A stretch of DNA of 64,000 bases from an uncultured Dehalococcoidia bacterium (GTDB taxonomy: Bacteria > Chloroflexota > Dehalococcoidia > Lucifugimonadales > CAJWER01), in the NCBI GenBank assembly GCA_964342485.1, contig CAYFFO010000004.1, positions 29,213-93,212 on the forward strand, given 5' to 3'. Each line of letters opens with the position of its first letter. Position 1 is the first letter of the stretch. The position numbers and the translations under genes were made by a program. Positions 30,604 through 40,167 of the stretch are shown here, piece after piece. Below the pieces are notes generated by a model. That model was not told where the DNA came from, did not search any database, and saw only the letters and a program-made list of their open reading frames with translations.

Positions 30604-30688
30604 ATCTCCAAGGACATCTGCACGATCTGCAAGTATAGTTTACATTGATCGTTACGGTATTGGAATTATATGAAAAGGAGACTTCAAA

Positions 30689-31906
30689 ATGGCCGCGATG
30701 GTGGAGGTATTAGACGGTGGAGGAGTAACCTCTCCTCGCGGGTTCAAAGCCGGTGCTATTTACGCCGGTGTTAAGACTGCTGGCGATGGAATATTAGACT
30801 TGGGTATTCTTTTCTCAGAAGAACCAGCAACAGTGGCTGGCACTTTTTCAACAAATAAAGTAGTTTCCCCCTCGTTAGTCCTCACTCGTGATCGAACTTC
30901 GTCAGGAATTGCACGAGCTGTTGTAGCAAACAGTGGCTGTGCTAACTGCTGTGTCGGTGATCAGGGTCTTAATGATGCAAAAGAAATGACAGCATTAACA
31001 GCCAAGCATTTGGGGCTTACTGATAATGAAGTTCTGATAGCAAGCACCGGGTTAATAGGTGTTGAACTTCCAATGGCACTAATTAGACAGAACATAGGTA
31101 ACGTTGTAACCAAAAATGAAGGGGGAACGGAATTCGCAAAAGCCATAATGACTTCAGATACCAGGCCCAAAGAAGTTGCAGTAGCTGTTGAAATAAACGG
31201 CTCACGAATAACTGTGGGTGGAGCAGCAAAAGGGTCGGGCATGATTCATCCTAACATGGCAACCATGTTAGGTTTTATAACCACTGATGCAAATATAGAT
31301 GCAGATTTATTAAAAGAGATATTAGTAGATGTAGTCGATTCCTCCTTTAACATGATCGATGTAGATGGAGACCAGAGCACAAACGATACCGTACTTTTAC
31401 TAGCCAATGGAGCGGCAAGTGGATCAAAGATTAAAGGTGGAACCAATGAATCAGAGGTTTTTAAAGAAGCAGTTCGGTATATTGCAATAACATTATCCAA
31501 AGAACTTGCAAGGGATGGGGAGGGTGCTCAGAAACTTGTTGAAGTAATAGTTGAAGGTGCTCAGGACATTTCTCAAGCAAGAAAAGCGGCCAGAGAAATT
31601 GCTAGTTCACTTCTAGTTAAAGCCATGATCCATGGTCGTGACCCTAACTGGGGCAGGGTAATGATGGCATTAGGTAGAAGCGGTATTGAATTTATTGAAT
31701 CCCAAGTCGACGTATTTATAAATGATATCCACATAGTACACGAAGGCAAATCAATACCCTATTTGGTAGATGCAGTTGTGAGTGCTATGAACGTAGACGA
31801 GATACAAATACGAGCAAATATTAATACAGGGACCTCTATGGCAACAGCTTGGGGTTGCGACCTTACAGAAGAGTATGTGACATTCAACTCAGCCTACAGT
31901 ACATAA
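30689..31906 (+). CDS. argJ: Bifunctional ornithine acetyltransferase / N-acetylglutamate synthase
   Basis: 405 aa with VTSPRGFKA, NSGCANC and the autoprocessing site ATMLGFITTDA, ending in SAYST. Confidence 0.95.
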   Translation: MAAMVEVLDGGGVTSPRGFKAGAIYAGVKTAGDGILDLGILFSEEPATVAGTFSTNKVVSPSLVLTRDRTSSGIARAVVANSGCANCCVGDQGLNDAKEMTALTAKHLGLTDNEVLIASTGLIGVELPMALIRQNIGNVVTKNEGGTEFAKAIMTSDTRPKEVAVAVEINGSRITVGGAAKGSGMIHPNMATMLGFITTDANIDADLLKEILVDVVDSSFNMIDVDGDQSTNDTVLLLANGAASGSKIKGGTNESEVFKEAVRYIAITLSKELARDGEGAQKLVEVIVEGAQDISQARKAAREIASSLLVKAMIHGRDPNWGRVMMALGRSGIEFIESQVDVFINDIHIVHEGKSIPYLVDAVVSAMNVDEIQIRANINTGTSMATAWGCDLTEEYVTFNSAYST

Positions 31907-32029
31907 TAATTAAGCTCAGTTTAACTATGGAATAGCATCTCCCTGAATTTTAGATATGAATACAACAATGAAATATATCCTAATGTCTTTTAATATTAAT
32001 AAATACACCTATGATTTAGGAGTAGTGTA

Positions 32030-32914
32030 GTGTCGATTGAACAACGTCCTTCCTCAGAACAAATGCCAGTTTCAAAAAGTCCGGCTACTCATCAAGAGAC
32101 CGCCCAGCTGGATAACGGAATTGTTCCTAGCCTCAAGGACAGTAAAATTGTAGTCAAGATTGGTGGTAGCACTATAGGACAACATGACACTAGCTTGCAA
32201 GATTTAGTTAAGCTGCAACTTACAGGTGCACGTCCTGTAGTGGTACATGGTGGTGGGAAAACTATCTCTGATTGGATGCAACTTCAGGGTATAAAGCCTA
32301 GATTTAATCGTGGATTAAGAGTTACAGACAAAGACAATATTGAGATAGTAATAGCAGTATTAACAGGTTTAGTAAATAAATCACTCGTAGGGTCAATTGA
32401 AAATCTTGGCGGAAAAGCAATAGGTTTATCAGGAATCGACGGCTCCATACTCGAGGCAAATCCAATATCGGAAGAACTCGGTTTAGTAGGCGAAATTAAT
32501 AAAGTCAACTCAAAACCCATCGAAACCATCTTGGACTCCGGATATATGCCTGTTATTGCGCCCGTTGCAGTATATAAAAACAGTACCAGCACAGATGAAA
32601 ATATCATATTGAATGTAAATGCCGATACTGTAGCTGGGGAGATAGCAGCTGCCCTCAATGTACAGCGCCTTATTTTAATGACTGACGTACCTGGAGTACT
32701 GGATTCAACAAAAAGACTAATCCCAAGACTAACTCGCCGACAAGCTAATACACTACTCACATCGAATGTGATAGATGGCGGTATGGTGCCAAAAATTGAT
32801 GCCTGCTTAAAAGCTTTAGAAATAATCGATTCCGCTCATATAATAGATGGACGTGAAGGAAACACTCTATTACAAGTATTGGAAAATCAGAAAATTGGAA
32901 CAAGACTAGATTGA
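32030..32914 (+). CDS. argB: Acetylglutamate kinase
   Basis: 294 aa (GTG start) with VVKIGGS, VVHGGG, PVIAPV and NVNADTVAGEIA motifs. Confidence 0.95.
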   Translation: MSIEQRPSSEQMPVSKSPATHQETAQLDNGIVPSLKDSKIVVKIGGSTIGQHDTSLQDLVKLQLTGARPVVVHGGGKTISDWMQLQGIKPRFNRGLRVTDKDNIEIVIAVLTGLVNKSLVGSIENLGGKAIGLSGIDGSILEANPISEELGLVGEINKVNSKPIETILDSGYMPVIAPVAVYKNSTSTDENIILNVNADTVAGEIAAALNVQRLILMTDVPGVLDSTKRLIPRLTRRQANTLLTSNVIDGGMVPKIDACLKALEIIDSAHIIDGREGNTLLQVLENQKIGTRLD

Positions 32915-32921
32915 GGTAAGA

Positions 32922-35702
32922 ATGTCAACAAATTTTGAACAAAATTCAGGTTTTAATTTGGACATAGGGAACATGTTCCCTACACAGTTGGGCAGCAGAT
33001 TAAGATGGATTTTAATATTGGTCGGGTTAGTATCGCTATTTTTTATCCTGTCCATTATCAGGTCCGTTTATACTGACTGGCTATGGTTTAATTCCCTAAA
33101 ATTTCAAAGTGTTTATATCAAGATCCTTTTAACTAGGTGCATTCTTTTTTGTTTAGCCGCAGGCATATTCGCAATATTTTGTGGTATATCAGTGTATTTT
33201 TCCTATCAATTATCAAAGGGCCCTGAAGAAATACCCCTGCCTCCTCAAATAAGGCGAGTTTTCAAAAGGTTAATTTTCTGGGGTATTTTGTTAGGAGTAT
33301 CAGTCTTAAGTATTATTTTCGGGGTTATAGCAGCAAGTCAGTGGGAAGTGTTTTTGAGATTTGATAGTGCAGCAATATTTAATATCACTGATCCAGTTTA
33401 TAATAAAGACATTTCCTTCTATGTGTTTGCTCTACCTCTTTATGAATTCATACAAAAATGGGCTCTAGGAGCCACAGTAATTATCCTAGCAGCAACTCTT
33501 GGCATCTATTTTGTACAATTTAGCTTCCGCGGAGTAGGCCTGATTATTACCAAAGGCATCAAACTCCAAATATCGACTATGGGAGCCATTATAATGTTAC
33601 TCTTTGGAGTAGGTTTATGGCTTGATCGATGGGGTTTACTATTTTCTGGGCATGGAGCAGTTTTTGGTGCAGCTTACACCGACATCAATGCCAGGAAAAT
33701 AGCCCTCCTTATTCTATTAGTGGCGGCAGCGGCAACTGCTATTTTGATATTTATCAATGCTTATTTAAATGGGATCAGGCTTTTTATAGGAGCACTAGCG
33801 CTTTTCGCAGGACTTTTTGTAGCACTTAATGTTCTGTGGCCAAACGCAATGCAAAGACTCACAGTTAGGCCAAGTGAGTTTGCACGGGAACAACCCTATA
33901 TAGGAAGAAACATTGAATTTACTCGGCAAGGGTTTGGTTTGGGTGGAATTATAGAACAGCCATACCCCGTTGACGCTGTGCTTACTGAAAATATGGTTAA
34001 CCAAAATCTTCAAACGGTGGATAATATTAGGTTGTGGGATCACAGCCCGTTATCTAATGTATATCGACAAATTCAACTCATAAGACCATACTATGATTTC
34101 AAAGATGCTGATGTAGACCGATACGTCGTTGATGGTGAATACAGGCAGGTTATGTTAGCAGCTAGAGAAGTTGCCCCAACTAAGCTAGACCCAGATGCCC
34201 AAACATGGGTTAACCAAAAATTAAGGTATACGCACGGATTTGGCATAGCAATGAGTCCAGTAACTGAATTCACTACAGAAGGCAGGCCAGAATTTTTTGC
34301 TAAAGATATACCTTTAGAAGGTGAAATTGAAATCAAATCGCTTTCAGGTAATTCTCAACCTGAATTTAAAGTAAGCAATCCTAGGATTTATTACGGTGAA
34401 GAAACTATTGAACATGTAATCGTAAATACAAACACAGCGGAACTAGACTATCAGGCTGCAGGCGGAGAATTGAGGAGTACGAATTATTTTGGTAAAGGTG
34501 GAATAAAGATAGGAAACTTTGTACGTAGGTTAGCATATGCATGGCAGTTTGCCGATATTAACATATTAATAAGTCCTGAAATAACTAACGTTAGCCGAAT
34601 ACAATACAGGAGAGAAATTCAAGAACGTATTTCAACGGTAGCACCTTTTTTGATCCTCGACAAAGATCCATATATCGTTGCTGGTAGCGATGGACTTTTT
34701 TGGATTCAGGACGCATATACTACCAGTGACAAATACCCTTATTCAGATCCTTCATCAGATGGGTTCAACTATATACGTAATAGTGTAAAAATTATTGTTG
34801 ATGCATTCAACGGAACTTTATCATTCTACGTTTGGGATCCTACTGACCCAATGATTCTTACTTACCAAGCAATATTTCCAGATCTTTTCATAGATAAAGA
34901 TGAGATGCCCGATTCGTTAAAAACTCATGTTAGATATCCCCAAGATCTATTTAGAATTCAGTCTGAAAAATATCTTCGTTACCATATGCTTGACCCTCAA
35001 GACTTTTACAATTTAGAAGACATTTGGAGTATTCCAGAAGAAAAGTTCGGACAAGGGGAACAGTTACAAAAAGTTGAACCTTATTACGTCATTATGAAAA
35101 TGCCTGCTGAAGATAAGGAGGAATTTGTTCTCCTACTACCCTACACTCGAAATGATCCTCCTATTATGTCTGGCTGGCTGGCTGCAAGAAACGATTCTCC
35201 AAATTACGGGGAATTGATAGCTTTTAGATTCCCTAAAGAAAGGCAGGTAGACAGTCCTCAACAAGTTGAGGCCAGAATAGACAACGACCCATACATTTCG
35301 CAATGGTTCACATTGCGATGCCAAGAAGGATCATTTTGTATAAGAGGAAACCTATTAGTGATTCCAATAGCAACTGACAGTGAATTTGGCCTACTTTACG
35401 CAGAACCAGTTTATCTACAAGCGGAAGGAATTGATTTCCCAGAATTAAAACAGGTTATCTTGGCTACTGGAGAGAAAGTGGTTATGGCAAATTCCGTACC
35501 AGAAGCAATTGCTGAACTTACCGGTTTCCAACGGGATAAAGTGGACCAACCAAAACCAGCAGTAATACAAGCAAAAGATACAGAAAACCCGATAAGCGAA
35601 GGCATTGATAGAATTAAAACTTCTATTAACGATATCAAGGATAGTTTAATTGCTCTGGAAAAAGCTCTACAAACACTTACAGAATCGACTCAGAATAAAT
35701 AA
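32922..35702 (+). CDS. UPF0182-family large membrane protein (function unknown)
   Basis: 926 aa. About 7 N-terminal TM segments, the YTDWLWFNSL motif near the start and a large soluble C-terminal part. Architecture and size match the UPF0182 family. Confidence 0.8.
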   Translation: MSTNFEQNSGFNLDIGNMFPTQLGSRLRWILILVGLVSLFFILSIIRSVYTDWLWFNSLKFQSVYIKILLTRCILFCLAAGIFAIFCGISVYFSYQLSKGPEEIPLPPQIRRVFKRLIFWGILLGVSVLSIIFGVIAASQWEVFLRFDSAAIFNITDPVYNKDISFYVFALPLYEFIQKWALGATVIILAATLGIYFVQFSFRGVGLIITKGIKLQISTMGAIIMLLFGVGLWLDRWGLLFSGHGAVFGAAYTDINARKIALLILLVAAAATAILIFINAYLNGIRLFIGALALFAGLFVALNVLWPNAMQRLTVRPSEFAREQPYIGRNIEFTRQGFGLGGIIEQPYPVDAVLTENMVNQNLQTVDNIRLWDHSPLSNVYRQIQLIRPYYDFKDADVDRYVVDGEYRQVMLAAREVAPTKLDPDAQTWVNQKLRYTHGFGIAMSPVTEFTTEGRPEFFAKDIPLEGEIEIKSLSGNSQPEFKVSNPRIYYGEETIEHVIVNTNTAELDYQAAGGELRSTNYFGKGGIKIGNFVRRLAYAWQFADINILISPEITNVSRIQYRREIQERISTVAPFLILDKDPYIVAGSDGLFWIQDAYTTSDKYPYSDPSSDGFNYIRNSVKIIVDAFNGTLSFYVWDPTDPMILTYQAIFPDLFIDKDEMPDSLKTHVRYPQDLFRIQSEKYLRYHMLDPQDFYNLEDIWSIPEEKFGQGEQLQKVEPYYVIMKMPAEDKEEFVLLLPYTRNDPPIMSGWLAARNDSPNYGELIAFRFPKERQVDSPQQVEARIDNDPYISQWFTLRCQEGSFCIRGNLLVIPIATDSEFGLLYAEPVYLQAEGIDFPELKQVILATGEKVVMANSVPEAIAELTGFQRDKVDQPKPAVIQAKDTENPISEGIDRIKTSINDIKDSLIALEKALQTLTESTQNK

Positions 35703-35795
35703 TGCGAGTAAAATGACTAAAATCGAGTTTTGATCATTGGTTTAGAAATTCATCTTGTTAGAATTTTTTAATACACAAGTCATCAGGATATAAAT

Positions 35796-36992
35796 ATGAA
35801 AACAGACTGGAAATCACTAGAACAAAATTTTTACATGAACTGTGTAAAAAGACAGCCAATAGTAATAACGAGAGGTGAGGGAACAAAGGTTTGGGATGAC
35901 AATGGTAAAGAATATTTGGACTTTACATCAGGATGGGCTGTAAACAATATAGGTCACTCGAATCCAGTCATTGCTGATGCAATATCCGCACAATCTCGAA
36001 TTTTGGTTCAAACATCAAATCAATTTTACACAATCCCACAACTACAGCTAGCCCAGATTCTTGTCGAAAACAGCTGTCTTGACAAAGCATTCTTCTGTAA
36101 TAGTGGAGCTGAAGCTAATGAAGGAGCAATAAAGCTGGCCAGAAAGTACGGTAATATCCACAAGAATGGAGCTTATCAAATAATAACAGCCAACAATTCC
36201 TTCCATGGCAGAACCCTGACAACATGGTCGGCAACAGGAAAGCCTCACGATAGTGACCCCTTCTTACCTTTGCCTGAAGGCTTCGTTCATGTTGATTACA
36301 ATAATTTGCAAGCCATAAAGGACGCAACTAAAACTGATACAGTTGCAATAATGCTTGAACCAGTACAGGGCGAGGGAGGAGTGAATTTACCATCCCCCGG
36401 ATATTTATCAGCAGTCAGGCAGTGGTGTGACGATAATGATTTGATTTTGATTTTTGACGAGGTACAAACTGGACTAGGTCGCCTTGGAAAACTATTCGGC
36501 TATGAAGTTTATCAAGTTGAACCAGATATTATCACATTAGCCAAAGGACTGGGAGGGGGAATCCCGATAGGAGCATTCCTTGCTAAAGATCATGCTGCTG
36601 TCTTTGAACCGAAAAGTGAGCATGGTTCTACATTCGGGGGAAACGTTTTAACTTGTGCAGCCGCACATGCTTCAACCCAATTCATAATTAATAACGAAAT
36701 CCCGGCCAAAGCAGACGATATGGGTAAATACCTTATTGGAAAACTCTTGGATCTAAAAGAAACCCATAGCTTAATCACAGAGGTAAGAGGAGTTGGTCTT
36801 TTAATAGCTGTCGAATTTAACAGAGAAATATCAGCCAATTTACTTACGTATTGCAACCAACTGGGACTATTATTGAACGCCCCAAAACCAACTGCGATTC
36901 GACTAATGCCTCCTCTAACAATCAGTAAACAAGAAGTAGATATTGGGATTCAGAGGTTAGAATCTGGCATATTGAAAGCACAAAAGGAATAA
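35796..36992 (+). CDS. argD: Acetylornithine aminotransferase
   Basis: 398 aa class III aminotransferase with SGAEANE, DEVQTGLGR and the PLP-Lys in TLAKGLGGG. Confidence 0.93.
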   Translation: MKTDWKSLEQNFYMNCVKRQPIVITRGEGTKVWDDNGKEYLDFTSGWAVNNIGHSNPVIADAISAQSRILVQTSNQFYTIPQLQLAQILVENSCLDKAFFCNSGAEANEGAIKLARKYGNIHKNGAYQIITANNSFHGRTLTTWSATGKPHDSDPFLPLPEGFVHVDYNNLQAIKDATKTDTVAIMLEPVQGEGGVNLPSPGYLSAVRQWCDDNDLILIFDEVQTGLGRLGKLFGYEVYQVEPDIITLAKGLGGGIPIGAFLAKDHAAVFEPKSEHGSTFGGNVLTCAAAHASTQFIINNEIPAKADDMGKYLIGKLLDLKETHSLITEVRGVGLLIAVEFNREISANLLTYCNQLGLLLNAPKPTAIRLMPPLTISKQEVDIGIQRLESGILKAQKE

Positions 36993-36995
36993 TAA

Positions 36996-38258
36996 TTGAA
37001 CTGGAAAGATCTCAAAAAAAGTGGGGTCACTACTATTGCTGGAGTAGTTTCAGGTGGGCTCGATAGTTGTACAGCTACTCACTGGCTTAGTGATAGAGGG
37101 TTTAAAATCGAGGCATTTACAGTTGATCTGGGCCAGCCCGATGAAGAGCATATCAGCAGTATTACAGAACGAATGCTAGGAAGTGGTGCCAGTCATGCCG
37201 AGATCGTATCAGGAGAAAAACATCTAGCTTTAGCTGGCCTAAAAGTAATACAGTCTCAAGCAAGATATGAAGGCGATTACTGGAACACGACTGGTATAGC
37301 CAGGCCTATAACAATAGCTACTTTGCTTCCAACAATACAAAAACGTAACATCGACGTCATTTTTCATGGAGCCACCGGACGTGGAAATGATCAAGTTAGA
37401 CTCCAATTAGCAACTAATATGCTATCTCCTAATATCAAAGTATATGCCCCCTGGAGAGACCCTGAATTTGTTGCTGAATTCCCTGGAAGACAACAAATGC
37501 TAGACTACTGTGCAAAAAACCAACTACCTATCAAATCTACGGGAGAATCCAGATATTCAACGGATGCAAATTTTCTGGGACTCACCCACGAAGCTGGAGA
37601 CCTAGAAAATGTGGAAATACCCCCATATTTTGTGAATCCAGGGATGGGAGTCTGGCCATGGAACTCACCCGACGAACCTAAATCTGTTGCAATACGTTGG
37701 GAAAAAGGAGTCCCAAAGAAAATCGACGATGTTCCTTTAGATATTATATCCATGTTCAAAAAGACAAACTATATAGGTGGAACTCACGGTGTTGGAATAG
37801 GTACACACGTGGTTGAGAACCGATTCGTAGGTGTGAAATCGAGAGGTATATACGAGGCTCCAGGCCTGGAATTACTTGGTAAAAGCTTCGAATATCTCCT
37901 TCAATTCATACTAGATCGACGAGCCACAGAGTTGTTCAACTATGTATCCAAAACTATTAGCTCCCAAATATACCAAGGATACTGGTTGGATTTAACCACA
38001 ACATCACTACTGGCTTCATTGGAGCCAATACTCGCACTTTGTACTGGTACTATAGTTGTCAGAATCTATAAAGGAAACATATATTTTGAATCGGCAGAAG
38101 ATACTGCTAAATCGATGCCTCATTCCTTATACACAGACGATTCATCGATGGAAGCGATGGGATCCTATGACCATGAGGATTCAGAAGGGTTTCTTAAGAT
38201 ACTTGGTATATCTGCAAAAAATGTAGGGGCTAGACAATTTCCATGGCTGAAACGGTAA
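36996..38258 (+). CDS. argG: Argininosuccinate synthase
   Basis: 420 aa (TTG start) with the ATP-PPase motif SGGLDS, HGATGRGNDQVR and ENRFVGVKSRGIYE. Confidence 0.93.
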   Translation: MNWKDLKKSGVTTIAGVVSGGLDSCTATHWLSDRGFKIEAFTVDLGQPDEEHISSITERMLGSGASHAEIVSGEKHLALAGLKVIQSQARYEGDYWNTTGIARPITIATLLPTIQKRNIDVIFHGATGRGNDQVRLQLATNMLSPNIKVYAPWRDPEFVAEFPGRQQMLDYCAKNQLPIKSTGESRYSTDANFLGLTHEAGDLENVEIPPYFVNPGMGVWPWNSPDEPKSVAIRWEKGVPKKIDDVPLDIISMFKKTNYIGGTHGVGIGTHVVENRFVGVKSRGIYEAPGLELLGKSFEYLLQFILDRRATELFNYVSKTISSQIYQGYWLDLTTTSLLASLEPILALCTGTIVVRIYKGNIYFESAEDTAKSMPHSLYTDDSSMEAMGSYDHEDSEGFLKILGISAKNVGARQFPWLKR

Positions 38259-38265
38259 ATTAATT

Positions 38266-38736
38266 ATGATCCACTCTTCAAAAGACAATTTTGGCGGGTA
38301 TTTAGAAGATTTTACTCCAGGTGATATTTACAAACACTGGCCCGGTAAAACCGTAACAGAATCAGATAATCATCTGTTCTCTTTACTCACCATGAATACA
38401 AACCCTCTCCACACAGACGCAAATTATATGCAAAGTCATCAACATGGTAAGATCCTAGTCGCAGGTCCATTAGTAATCAGTATCCTAATAGGTATGAGTG
38501 TTAGAGATACTTCTGGGAAAGCAATAGCCAATCTCGAATACGAAAAAATCACACATGATAAACCAGTATTCCAAGGGGACACTATCTATGGGGAAAGTGA
38601 AATTCTTAGCGTACGTGAATCACGTACTAAAAAAGATCGAGGTATAGTTAGTATAGAAAGTAGAGCATACAATCAAAACAATGAAAAAGTGGTTACCCTA
38701 AAAAGAAGCTTCTTAGTTCCACGGAAAATGCCTTAG
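38266..38736 (+). CDS. MaoC-like (R)-specific enoyl-CoA hydratase / hot-dog fold dehydratase
   Basis: 156 aa. NPLHTD plus the GDTIYGESEIL...V hot-dog pattern is typical of MaoC-family dehydratases (mesaconyl/itaconyl-CoA hydratase-like). Confidence 0.8.
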   Translation: MIHSSKDNFGGYLEDFTPGDIYKHWPGKTVTESDNHLFSLLTMNTNPLHTDANYMQSHQHGKILVAGPLVISILIGMSVRDTSGKAIANLEYEKITHDKPVFQGDTIYGESEILSVRESRTKKDRGIVSIESRAYNQNNEKVVTLKRSFLVPRKMP

Positions 38737-38773
38737 AACCATCCCTGATTGATTGTCATCAAAGCAAAAATAA

Positions 38774-40114
38774 ATGGAAGATACTGCAAAATACACTGTT
38801 TCTATTCAATATGACCAACGACTGTATAAACATGACATCAAAGCATCGACCACGCACGCCCAAATGCTTGCGCGGCAGGGAATAATATCGCAAAAAGAAA
38901 GTGCAGATATAATTTCGGGACTATCTGAAATACAAAAAGAGATAGAAAAAGGGGAGTTCCCATGGAAGTCTCACCTAGAAGACCTCCATATGAACATTGA
39001 AAACAGATTATATGAAAAAAGTGGTGATGTAGCAGGCAAGCTACACACGGCGCGATCTAGAAACGACCAAGTCGCAACAGATATGCGGCTTTACGTAAAA
39101 GACGCAACCACAGTGGTGATAAATGCTATCGATGATCTACGTCGGGCCCTTCTGGATAGTGCAAAAACAAACTCCAAGGTGATAATGCCAGGATATACAC
39201 ATCTCCAAAGAGCTCAACCCGTTTTCTTTTCACACCATATGATGGCCTACTTCGACATGTTCGGCAGAGACAAACATCGTTTTGAAATAGCTTCCCAATC
39301 TGCTGACGTGTTGCCCCTCGGTAGTGGGGCCATTGCTGGAGTTACATATCCCATAGACAGAGAGTATGTAGCAAAAGAGTTAGGATTCAAAAAAATTAGT
39401 TCGAATAGCATGGATGCAGTATCTGACCGAGATTTTCTTTTAGACTTCCATTCTGCCGCTGCAACATGTTTCGTACATATATCGAGAATGGGAGAAGAAT
39501 TGGTTATGTGGTCAAGCGAAGAATTTGACTTTATACGACTTGCAGATGAATATACTACCGGAAGTAGTATGATGCCTCAAAAAAGAAATCCTGATTTTGC
39601 TGAACTCGCTAGAGGAAAATCAGGAAGAGTCTTCGGAAACCTAATTGGATTACTCACTGTGTTAAAGGGACTACCATTAACTTACAACCGAGATCTCCAA
39701 GAAGACAAAGAAGGATTTTTTGACACATATGACACTTTGTTAAATACTCTCCAGGTTCTAACAAAGATGTACTCAAGTATTCAACTAAATAAGAATAAAT
39801 TAACTTCGGCAGCAGAATCTAGTCACGTTTTAGCAACAGACATTGCAGATTACCTTGTAAACAGGGGACTCCCATTTCGAGAAGCATATAAAATAGTTGC
39901 TAAGATATCTGAACACGCATTGCAAAATAATCGAACATTATCAGAATTGACGCTTGATGATTTCCTTAAATTTTCTTCATTATTTTCAGAAGACGTATCT
40001 TCTATTAATTTATTGTCATCAATTGAAAATCGGAATATTTTTGGTGGCACAGCATCTCAGCAGATATCTGAATCGATTTCCAGGGCAGAAAAAGAACTTA
40101 AGGCCAAAGGATAA
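38774..40114 (+). CDS. argH: Argininosuccinate lyase
   Basis: 446 aa with the TARSRNDQVATD and GSSMMPQKRNPD fumarate-lyase signatures. An in-frame TAA lies directly before the ATG. The protein therefore lacks the usual N-terminal WGGRF segment. Confidence 0.93.
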   Translation: MEDTAKYTVSIQYDQRLYKHDIKASTTHAQMLARQGIISQKESADIISGLSEIQKEIEKGEFPWKSHLEDLHMNIENRLYEKSGDVAGKLHTARSRNDQVATDMRLYVKDATTVVINAIDDLRRALLDSAKTNSKVIMPGYTHLQRAQPVFFSHHMMAYFDMFGRDKHRFEIASQSADVLPLGSGAIAGVTYPIDREYVAKELGFKKISSNSMDAVSDRDFLLDFHSAAATCFVHISRMGEELVMWSSEEFDFIRLADEYTTGSSMMPQKRNPDFAELARGKSGRVFGNLIGLLTVLKGLPLTYNRDLQEDKEGFFDTYDTLLNTLQVLTKMYSSIQLNKNKLTSAAESSHVLATDIADYLVNRGLPFREAYKIVAKISEHALQNNRTLSELTLDDFLKFSSLFSEDVSSINLLSSIENRNIFGGTASQQISESISRAEKELKAKG

Positions 40115-40167
40115 AAAAGGAATATCACATAAAGATTGCTCCCTCAATCTTATCTGCAGACTTTGCA

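Noticed and set aside
27604-30688. Genomic island integrated at tRNA-Asp.
   Set aside because: There is no integrase/recombinase gene, no visible direct repeat of the tRNA 3' end at the far boundary (30507-30688), and the composition looks the same as the flanks. It is kept only as a 'modular metabolic cassette' observation.
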